A stretch of 64,000 nt of DNA, from NCBI GenBank assembly GCA_951406725.2, contig OX597826.1, positions 81,778,001 to 81,842,000 of the forward strand. Reading direction: 5' to 3'. This DNA is from Octopus vulgaris (Eukaryota). A model generated the notes under the pieces. That model was not told the origin of the DNA. It ran no database searches and saw only the letters and a program-made list of their open reading frames with translations. Below are positions 45,657-58,110 of this stretch, piece after piece. Each line of letters opens with the position of its first letter. Positions within the stretch are counted from its first letter, which is position 1. The translations under genes and the position numbers were made by a program.

Positions 45657-45660
<4 letters not shown>
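45131..45660 (+). mobile_element. Non-coding fold-back element (~170 bp inverted arms) inserted in (TA)n, Penelope/retrozyme-like
   Basis: 45131-45300 is a near-perfect reverse complement of 45391-45558. The 90-nt loop carries a hammerhead motif. Confidence 0.8.
45321..45383 (+). ncRNA. Type I hammerhead ribozyme motif with canonical core
   Basis: Stem I UCUGAG/CUCGGG, CUGAUGA at 45327-45333, stem II closed by GGA/UCC, GAAA at 45365-45368, stem III ACAG/CUGU and cleavage triplet GUC at 45375-45377. Confidence 0.8.
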
Positions 45661-45700
<40 letters not shown>

Positions 45701-46396
45701 CATACGAAATATATAAGGTTCAGTTGAATTAAGTTGAGGCACCAAGTCAGTCCGGTATTATCCGCACAGCTCGAAGTAAGGTGAATAAAAGGCAAATAAT
45801 TAACAAGGATGTCAAGGTATTAATGCAGTGACACCCTTGTTACTTATTTGCTTTATATATATGTGTGCGTGTGTGTGTGTGTGTGTTATTAAATAAGGCT
45901 CGGACAAAACCCTTTTAGAATGCTATGCAAAGCTGCTCGTCCACGATTATTGGCTCCCTGATATGTACATACAGTAGAAGTTCCTCTCTTACTGGATATA
46001 CTCCGGGAATTCCATTGTAAATAAGTGCATAAATGAAAAAACTAGGGGCATCGAAGGAGCGATGCATACCCTGCCAGCAGATAATCTTTGTCGCAGATTA
46101 TTGTGTGGTTTACAATGCGTTGCTTACCCAGGCTTTTTGGTGGAACTGAATTAATTATCTTTAATTATCACCATTATAGGTATTTATACTCCGGTGAAAT
46201 TAAGAAATCAAGTCCCAGATAAACGAAACCATCGAATCCATCACTGTACACACACATACACACACACAGACCCAAGCACACCCAGACACAGACGCGTATG
46301 AATGTGTGTATGTACTCACACTTGTCTACGCGCATAGGTACACCATGATCTATACACACGTTAACGAGTGTTAATTCATCTGAAAAAGATGATATA

Positions 46397-46721
46397 TATC
46401 TCTTTACTGCCCACAAGGGGCTAAACATAGAGGGGACAAACAAGTACAAACAAACGGATTAAGTCGATTACATTGACCCTAGTGCGTAACTAGTACTTAA
46501 TTTATCGACTCCGAAAGGATGAAAGGCAAAGTCGACCTCGCCGGGCGAAATGCTTAGCGGTATTTCGTCTGCCGTTACGTTCTGAGTTCAAATTCCGCCG
46601 AGGCCGACTTTGCCTTTCATCCTTTCGGGGTCGATAAATTAAGTACCAGTTACGCACTGGGGGCGATGTAATCCTTGTTTGTCCCCTCTGTGTTTAGCCC
46701 CTTGTGGGCAATAAAGAAATA
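46397..46721. mobile_element. Head-to-head fusion of two 5'-truncated family B SINEs
   Basis: 46397-46540 is a minus-strand 3' portion joined directly to a plus-strand copy at 46541-46721. Confidence 0.9.
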
Positions 46722-48458
46722 CATATAAATCTGTAGTACAGCTTTCTCAGTCTGCTAATTGTTTTTAGCGAAGGAAAATAATATAGAATGCTGTAAATAA
46801 CCTTAAACTTAGGTAAAAGTGCTAAAAGTCGTATAGATTATTATTCTTCAAACCTTTGATTGCTGATTACCAATCATGAAGTTCACTTTAGAATTTTCAT
46901 AATACTTATTTAATTCTCTGTATAGAGCAAAGTTTTATTTTCAGCTGTGATTATTTCTCAATTAAATTATTTAGCTCAATACACGGACCTGATTCCTACT
47001 TCACTTACATAATTATTGTTTTCGATATGGCTCCGGTTTCCTATTAAAGCTAATCTCTCTCAGTGTAGTCGGATTTTTACGCTTAATTTGCATTAGGCGG
47101 TAATCAATAGAAATATTTTAGTCGTGGCTCCCTGACTGACTGAGGAAAAGTTTTCTGAATGGACATTCAACAATAGTTCCATATAAACCGGTTGCTTTTG
47201 TCAAAATCTTTGTGTTCAGTTTGTCCGTTTATTTCCCTCATTAAATGTATACCAAATGTGTAATTAATCGTTAGCATTAGGGTGGGGGGTCGGGGAGGCA
47301 GGGTGAGCTATTTGTGGGATGGGATTATCATTGTTAAGCAATTGTTATTTATATATTAATATCTCAATGAAATGAATTATGTGCCACAGTTGAAAGGTGA
47401 GATGCAACTAAAAGGTTTTGCCAATCAAATAAAGGTTAAAAGTTGACGGCTTTTAACCGAAAGGGGAAAGAATACCGAATTAAAGAATATAGCTTTATCT
47501 TGATTCTGTCTGGCTGCAACATCATCGTTTCATTGTATCTGAGATATTAAAGATATCAACCTAAAGTGTTGACACTTAACAATGTCCGATACAAGATGAT
47601 CAAATACGCATATTTGTAAATAGCACGGTTATGCTCAGACAAACATGCCTACATATCTACATAACCACCGGGAAACCAGCTAACAAACAAACCACCGTAC
47701 CTACCTGCTTACCTACTTTCATCTATATAAAAATGTGTGTGTGTGTCTGTGTATAGGAACGACGAAACTCGAAGGAGATAGAGCTATAAATATTAGCATG
47801 TAAATATTGGGTTCAGCCTTCCATTTTCTTAATTTAGAGGGTTTCTAAACCAATTTTATTTATAGCTTTATCTGCTTTGAGTTTCAAAGATGAGTATTTC
47901 ACGTTCTCACGAAGTTTATAAACTCTCATCTCATCAACAACAAATGTGTGTGTGTGTGTGTGTGTGTACACAAATGGACTCAAGTAGCTAAAGACGGAGC
48001 TGCGACCTATGGTTGTTCCACTAAAAATCTCCTACTGTTGTCCTAAATATATAAAAAAGAATGCAATGCATAAAATAAACTCGGACATACAACCTGGCGG
48101 GTGTTTACCGTTAGAACCCAGTTGATCATAGACGTCCAATGAGGTCTATTCTCTGGGCTAAATAACCTCAACATCAACACCTTCATCCACACCAGCCATA
48201 ATAAAATCAACATCCCAAAGCCATCGCATCAAAAGCGAGACAGTTACTTTTGCGGCGACCAACCTCCTTGCCTGCATGATTAAGATAATAAATTCCGACG
48301 TGGTCTTCATTAAAAATGTGAAACTGGCTGCTGACCAAGTCTCTTAGGGGCCCATTTAGGAAGAAAAGTTATTTAAACATTAAAACTAACGCAGTCTCAT
48401 TCAATAAGCATAGCAATGTGCGTAAATGATGTACTGTAACATTTATATTAATGTTGAT

Positions 48459-49020
48459 ATAGTTCTACATTTAAGAGATGAGGAATTATGTACATTATTT
48501 ACATTTAGCGGATATTTGTCCTCACCTTGTTTGTTGTTAACACAACATTTCGGCTGATATACCTTCCAGCTTTCATCAGGTGTCTTGGGGAACTTTCGAA
48601 CCTGTGTTCTCATTCCTAAGGTAGTTTTCGATAGTATTATTATTATTATTCAGGTCACTGCCTGGAATCGAACTCGGAATATTGGGGTTAGTAGCCCGCG
48701 CTCTTAACCTCTACGCCATATACCCGAGAGCAATTATAAGCCCTAAAATTCACTCCATAATTGCTCACGGGCATATGGTGTAGTGGTTAAGAGCGCAGGC
48801 TACTGATTCCGAGTTCGATTCCAGGCAGTGACCTGAATAATAATAATAATAATAATAACAACAACAACAACAACATCGAAAAACACCTTAGGAATGAGAA
48901 CCCAGGTTCGAAATTTACCCAAAATACCTGATGAAGGTTGGAGGGTATATCAACCGAAATTTGTGTTAACAAGATAAGGAAAATATCCGTTAAATGTAAA
49001 TAATGTTGACATATTCTCAT
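48459..49020. mobile_element. Inverted dimer of a tRNA-headed SINE (family D) with a hammerhead-bearing tail
   Basis: The arms are reverse complements around a ~19 nt loop. Each has A box TGGYGTAGWGG, B box GAGTTCGATTC, (AAT)n, then CTGATGA..GAAA at 48539-48584 (-) and 48923-48967 (+). Confidence 0.85.
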
Positions 49021-49639
49021 GTATATATAAAATCAAAACTTCTTTGTTGCCGTCTTTCCAAATGTGCCTCGAATCAACAAATGCAAATACACTCGTAATT
49101 CACCTTTTGCAGCAAAAAAAAAAAAGTCTTCCTGCCTTACTATGAAGTCGATTGACGAACTATGAATGGAAAGTGAGACTCCTTGACATTATATCCTTTA
49201 GAATATATACATTTGATAAGGTAGACCTTATAACACTTAAGTCTGAATAATAAATCAATTTGGTCACAACAAAAATAACTTCTGCCACATGTGTATCCCA
49301 CATGTGTATCCCACATGTGTATCCTATGGCAGTTAGCCATAGTTGTGCAATAGCAGAAACTACTCAGAGAATCACTGAGGCAGTTCTTTCACAAACCATC
49401 ATAGATAAATGGCACACAGAAGGGGCTGAGGTATGATAGGGTTAGATTGCAGTGGTGATTCGTACGTTTGACAAGGATTGCCCCTTACTGGCTGGCATGG
49501 TGTTGACTATTCTACAGTTGAGGACTACAAGGTAAGATTCATAAATTCAGTTATTTGCTATCTGAATGAATTTCTATTTCAAGATCAAAATCCGATTGAT
49601 TTCAAATCCTGGAGCGAGATTGGCAGTTCAGGGAAGCAG

Positions 49640-49798
49640 GCTTTTACATCGATTCCAGTGATCAACTGGCACTTATTTTATCGACCCCAAAACATAGAAG
49701 GCAAAGCTGATCTTGGCTGAATTCGAACTCAGAACCAAGGACGGACGAAATGCCGCTAAGCATTTTGCCAGCATGCTAACGATTCTGCTAGCTCGCCC
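49640..49798 (-). mobile_element. Diverged SINE related to family B
   Basis: Degenerate match to 10090-10238. Confidence 0.75.
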
Positions 49799-51216
49799 AC
49801 TTCCTACTGAACATTATATTAAACTATGATTAAAACCTACTTTCATGTAATACTTACACACACACACACACGTGTATGTATGTATGTAATGTGGTAGAAG
49901 TATATGTACATGTGTGTATCATTTAAGAATAGATACTTCATTTGGATGGGGAAGTTTTGTGCTACTCCTTTCGTGAAATTGTTCTTTCAATTGCATCAAA
50001 TGTACGAAAAAGAAACAAATGCTCTATTTAACGATGTAATTTCCTGACATGCATTCGGTTGCTCTCCTATTCAAGATTGAAACCTGTTGCGAAATGCTAC
50101 AAAGTTAACTCTATTATAAGATATAAAATGGTATTTATGGATTCCAGTTGATAGCCAAATAGAGCAGAGATATATTGACTGTCAAGTTCTCACTTCATGC
50201 CTTATTGACGTGACCATGTGGAGTCGTTGGACGGGATAATTAAATTTGCCTTTCAAAATTCGCCAAACTGAAAATTAAGTATGAAAATACCTGGAAAAAC
50301 AATTGGATGGCTTTGCTATCTTTTCCCAACTTAATTTAATTTGAGGATTAGTCCCAGACTAATGAGTGATTGCATTTGCTGAAACAGCAGAAACTATGCT
50401 GGAGATAAATCCAAAAACATTTCACGGTCCTTATCACATTTTTTTCTTACAAAATTCTGGCTTCGTGTTGAAGTAAATTAACTACCGTTCTTCTCATCTT
50501 CTCTTGGAAATTTCTTCTTCTTTTTCTTCCTTTTGATTGCTGCATTATATTTAAAACTAAACTACCAATTCTGACCTGTGAGTACTCTGCTCTTTTATTT
50601 TGCAGCCATTCAGATGTTTCTTAAAAGCAAACTTTTCTTTCACTTCATATAATTCTATTGGCGGCAGATATCAGCAAACAGTTTCTAAGCAGCCATTTTG
50701 AATGAAGTGATGCTGCTGTGATTTCCAGTTAATGGTTCTAGCAATATTTCGTGTAATATAATGATATCAACGGGACGTCTATGATAGTGTTTCACTTTGT
50801 GTGGGAAAACAATGAATTTTAGTTGTGCCATGAATAGCATCCAGAGAATAAACTGCATAAAGACAGGATAAGAGATTCTTGGATGAATGTCAAGCGAACA
50901 TCAGTGAAAAGATTAGCTAAGTGAAAAGAAATCATAAAACTCAAGTAATTAATGAATATAATGAATAAAAATAAATAAATTTCCAGAGGAGGTGGATGTT
51001 TGAAGCGAGGAAAACACTGTGAACAACAACAACAACAACAAAAAAGAGAAGAATTGAAAGTCTTTCAAACTATTCCATTCATGCTTTCTAATCTTTTTTT
51101 CCATTGTTTCTTATTGAATTAATTAGCGTGGTCTTCATTAATTTTTAATTAATCATACACTCTAACACTTTTCCCTTAAACTAATATTACACAGACTGAC
51201 AGACTCACACACACAC

Positions 51217-51264
<48 letters not shown>

Positions 51265-52380
51265 GACTCCATCTAGTGGTCGGCACGAATTTATATCATT
51301 TATAGTTGAAGTAATTCATAAGAAGCGAATTTTCACAATATATTTCTCTTATCAAACTGATATCAAGGTGGGAAAATTTGACTTCTTTTCGGAACTTATC
51401 CTGTTTCGCCCTTTTATTTTACCCGGTTAAAAATCAAAACCGAAAAGTAATGCAACAATAAATATATATATAAATGCAAAAAAACAAAAAAACAAAATTG
51501 AAAAGATATCAATCTTTGAAGTTTTAAGTATTATAATGATTGCCGTATACTAGCTTGGCTCATTTGCATAATACACACTGCTATATCACCACTGGTAATT
51601 TCTATAATTTTTCATTAAGTTCTTTGACTCCGCCTAAAGTTCTTCCCTTTTACCTTTTTGAGATATTTATGCATTTCGACAGACACGAGTGCACAGATTA
51701 TAATTGAATGTAAAACCATATACACAGATACGAATGCAACTACACATACAGAAACACATACAAATACCGGAATACGGAGTCTTTGAATGGAACTATAGTT
51801 GGTGATGGTCTAAAAGAATTAGTTGATAATCTGTTCTTTGAAAAGCTGGAATATTAATTTGTGACACAATACGTAAGAATTCTTGCTGAAGTGGATTCAT
51901 GTTAACGCCCACATTTAAACCAAGCAAATTGTTAAGTACATTTTCTTATTCATTTTGCATTTAAACTTACACCCTCTTTGCAACCAGAATGAAATACGTA
52001 ATCTTCTAAGAAGTCTGTTATTTGTTGTAAACTATCTGTTTTAAGATCATATCTATATAAAGTGCATTGCTTGTTTAGAAGAAAGGCATTGATAAACTTT
52101 TGTTCACTTAATTGAGACATGAATTCGTTTAATGAGTAACAGCATGTTTAGCTGTTTTTTTTTTATTGGAAAGATACTGAGACGTTGTGCAAAGGGTGCT
52201 TAACGACCGACCTAAATGAGGATTCTAAGGCGATTAATTAAGCTGACATGACAAAATCATTTAACAATTATATCCATCCAACTATGTGTGAATAGATAAA
52301 GTATAATCAGGTTTCTACTATATCTGACCAGACGTCTCCGGATAGAGTTTGGTGCCGGCGGGTTCCCGATTAGAGAATTC

Positions 52381-52417
<37 letters not shown>

Positions 52418-52441
52418 TATATATATATATATATATATATA

Positions 52442-52475
<34 letters not shown>

Positions 52476-52478
<3 letters not shown>

Positions 52479-53548
52479 ACCTCTATGAACACACAAATAG
52501 TGAGCGGTGTTCCACAGGACACTGTCTTGGGACCACTGCTTTTTATAGTGGCCCTCTCAGATATGCCCTCAAATGCCCGGATAGCCACTCTGGCCAGCTA
52601 TGCAGACGATACGAAAGTCTCGCAGAAATACAGAACCCCAGCGATGTTGCACACCTGCAGCAGGAGTTGGACTCAATCTACAGATGGGCTGAGGATAATA
52701 ATATGCAGTTTAATGCTGAAAATTTTCAGGCCCTGCGCTACCAGCATCCAAAACTGAATATTAAACCTACAGGGTACACCGGTCGACAGGGAATTTCAAT
52801 CCCAGAGCCTAAGTCAGTGAGGGTATCGACATGAGTGATGATACTTCTTTCCAGGATAGCGACAAAGTGCAGAGGACTGACTGGATGGATCCTAAGAACA
52901 TTCAGAACTAGAGATAAGGAAACCATGATGGTTCTCTAGCGGACATTCGTCCTCAGACGCCCGGATTACTGCTCACAGCTATGGTCACCCACCAGTATGA
53001 GATTAACAGCGGACCTTGAAGTAATCCAGAGAAGATTCACAAAGAAGATCGTCTCTTTGCAACAGCTCAGCTACTGGGAAAGGTTGAAACAGCTAAGACT
53101 CTACTCCCTGGAGAGAAGACGGGAGAGGTATGAAGTAATATATATCTGGAAGATCCTGGAAAGAATTGTGCCAAATTTTGGCATTGTAAGCTACACCAAT
53201 GCTAGAACAGGACGAAACTGCCTGGTGCCAAAGATCCCAGCAATGCCATCACGCTTCAGGACCAGCTTCTGCAACAGCCTGGGTTTCAAGGGCCCACAGC
53301 TTTTTAATATTCTCCCAAAGAGTCTGAGGAACTTGCAGAAAGTAGACGTAGGGTTTTTTAAATCAAAGTTGGACCTCTTCCTGTCGAGAGTCCCAGATGA
53401 GCCTACCTCACGGCAAGAGGTGCAAATAAGGGTAGCTATATCAAACTCCTTCTTCTTCAAGTGCCACATATTAGAGGAGGCTCCTAGTAATAACAGTGTA
53501 GCACAAAACGGCGGTGCATCAGCATGGCCGCTGCTCTGAACTGAAACT
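52476..53548 (+). mobile_element. CR1-clade LINE, 5'-truncated, frameshifted RT and C-terminus
   Basis: Peptides SGVPQDTVLGPLLF..YADDTK and LEVIQRRFTK..LSYWERLKQLRLYSLERRRERY, ending in a ctgaa-type tail. Confidence 0.93.
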
Positions 53549-53617
53549 TATATATATATATATCTATATATATATATATATATATACATAAACATATCTA
53601 TATATGCATTTATATGA

Positions 53618-53668
<51 letters not shown>

Positions 53669-53730
53669 CACATCTATATATATGCATATATATATATTTA
53701 TGCATATATATATATAAATATGTGTGTGTA

Positions 53731-53848
53731 TGAGGGCGTCTGGCCTAGTGGTTAGCATGTTGTACACACAATCTAGCGACCGTGATTTAAATTCCTAGAT
53801 TGGAGGGTGCGTTGATTTTTGAGCCAAAGACTTCATCTGATGTTGCTT
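53731..53848 (+). mobile_element. Decayed SINE head (family C-like)
   Basis: A box tggcctagtggttag, degenerate B box and a degenerate CORE-like segment. Confidence 0.55.
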
Positions 53849-54690
<842 letters not shown>

Positions 54691-55117
54691 ACATGCAACC
54701 ACGCGCACGCTTGCACTGCGTCACCAACCAAATTTCCTTGTTTGGAAATAGATGGCAATACTTGGACTAATGTCATTTACAATCACTGTTAGAAAAGTGA
54801 AAGAGACTCAGATCGCTGACAGCTCGTCGTCTCTGCAGGTATCAAGCCGAATGTGTCTTGCGCACCATGGCATTATAACAACTTTTGCCCTACTTTTGAA
54901 ATCTCCTACTTCTACTGTTACTAAACCATAGGCACGTCTTCTACACTCATCACCCACGACTCGTCTTCCAATTAAATATTATACAATATTTGTATTTATG
55001 TGTGGCTATTTGATGGAGAAGTGCACGATTCTTTCTATGCATTAAGGAATGTATGCGTCTAAATACACATGCACACTCACAAACAGACACACACATACAC
55101 AAAATGCACACACACAC

Positions 55118-56260
<1,143 letters not shown>

Positions 56261-56399
56261 CATGTCCGTATATAGGTATATAGTATGTCTATGTGTCACA
56301 CGTGTGCAAGTTGCGTGCTCGCCTGTCAGCCTGTCAGTGACAATGATAAAGCTGTTACTTCAAACTGTCCTCTTCCCATTTATCACACGATGCAATATG

Positions 56400-57390
56400 A
56401 GCAGCAGCAGCAGCAGCAGCATCATCATCATCATTATCAAACGCTGAGCAATACTGCAATCATAATAATCGCTTTCAGCAACACCACCACCACCACCACT
56501 ATTAGCGTTACAACCATCGCAGCTCAACCTCCTCTACAACCCCCCCATCAACCTCGCGACCATCACCTCTACCGCCGCAAATCCAAAATCTCTGCCCTAA
56601 CCATCCCCCAACACAACCACTCACCACAACATCAACAACAGCAAAAAGCTGCCATTACTACTACCACCTCCACCACCGCTACTACTACTAGCACCACCAC
56701 CACCACTAATAATACTAGCACCACCTCCAGCACCGCTACTACTATTACTACAAGCACCACCACTACCACTACTACTAGTAAAACAAAAACTACCGCTACT
56801 ACCACCAAATCAACTAGCAGTATCACCACTACAACCACCATCACCGCTACAACTAATAATAGCCTTATAACCACAGCCATCATCAGCCACCCCGCTGGAA
56901 GAATTACAACCACCTCCGCAAACACCCCCGACGCCACCACCCCCACCACCATCGCCACCGCCACCGCCGCCACCACCTACCATAACCCGACTATCGTATC
57001 ATCAGTTATTCTGTCTCGAAATACATGAGATTGTTACAAATATCTTTCATGGCAGACAATCAGTCAATATAATACACACTAAGCGCCTTCCCCCCTCCCC
57101 CCACCCACCTCTGCTCGACCATCTTACATCAATATCAACTGATCATTTCCTTTCTAATCGATCACTCATCGAACTTATTTTATACTTGAAATATTGATCA
57201 TTCCATGAGTATTATAATCGCCAATATGATTTCAAATCTCCCAACAGCAATTCCATCATCACTGCTGACATCATCATCATCCTCGTCGTTATCATCATCA
57301 TTCATCATCATCATCGTCATCATCATCGTCATCATCCATCACTTTGTTCGTTGTCATCGTTGTCCTCATAATCATCCCCCTCCCCACCAT
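56400..57390. repeat. Degenerate trinucleotide low-complexity region (CAG/CAT/ACC/ACT)
   Basis: Read directly. Confidence 0.85.
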
Positions 57391-57900
57391 TTCAAAAATG
57401 AAACACCGAACCCATTGCATTGAGAGTCGAACGCTTGTCCTTAGATATATTATTTTGCTGATACATTTTTTTGACAATCATCCATTTTGCTCGATATATT
57501 AAAATATAGCCACCTATATTGGTGCCAGCCTCAAGTAACAAATAATCCCCACACTACTTCGGTGTGGGGAACCACTGTTGCTACATCAGGGGTTAACGCT
57601 GAAAAGCACCAAAACAGATTTAAAAGGTATGAAAGAAGAATGGCAAATTAAGAAAAAAACTGAGAATCGAAAATGAACTTCAATGACAACCAGGAGCAAA
57701 CAACAGCAACTTAAATTTTGGTGGCATTACAAGAACGTAAATACCTGTCGTCAGCCAACCGAATGCAAGGGAAGAACCTTGGTGGGTGGGTGTTACGAAA
57801 GAAAATGCCTCCAGGCCCAAGGAATTTTTGCAGGAATGGACGAAAAGAAATAGTTCTGAATGGTCTTTTTGTTTTAACTGGTATCCATATCCCCTCGCAA

Positions 57901-58110
57901 GGTGGCGAGCTGGCAGAAACGTTAGCGGTATTTCGTCTGCCGTTACGTTGTGAATTCAAATTCCGCCGAGGTCGACTTTGTCTTTCATCCTTTCGGGGTC
58001 GATAAATTAAGTACCAGTTACGCACTGGGGTCGATGTAATCGACTTAATCCGTTTGTCTGTCCGTGTTTGTCCCCTCTATGTTTAGCCCCTTGTGGGTAG
58101 TAAAGAAATA
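57901..58110 (+). mobile_element. tRNA-derived SINE (family B) with 21-bp TSD
   Basis: Flanked by GGTATCCATATCCCCTCG(C/A)AA at 57880-57900 and 58111-58131. Confidence 0.93.

Noticed and set aside
46128-46145. Possible 18-nt symmetric microexon with a GTAAGC donor on the minus strand
   Set aside because: The acceptor lacks a pyrimidine tract, and such matches are expected by chance in 64 kb.
48768-48835. Stand-alone tRNA gene
   Set aside because: The cloverleaf is incomplete and it continues into a repeat body. It is a SINE head, as are the tRNA-like segments near 8390 and 26290-26355.
56285-57028. 247-aa Thr/Gln/His-rich mucin-like ORF
   Set aside because: Degenerate trinucleotide repeats, antisense to the host gene, with no domain or splice support.
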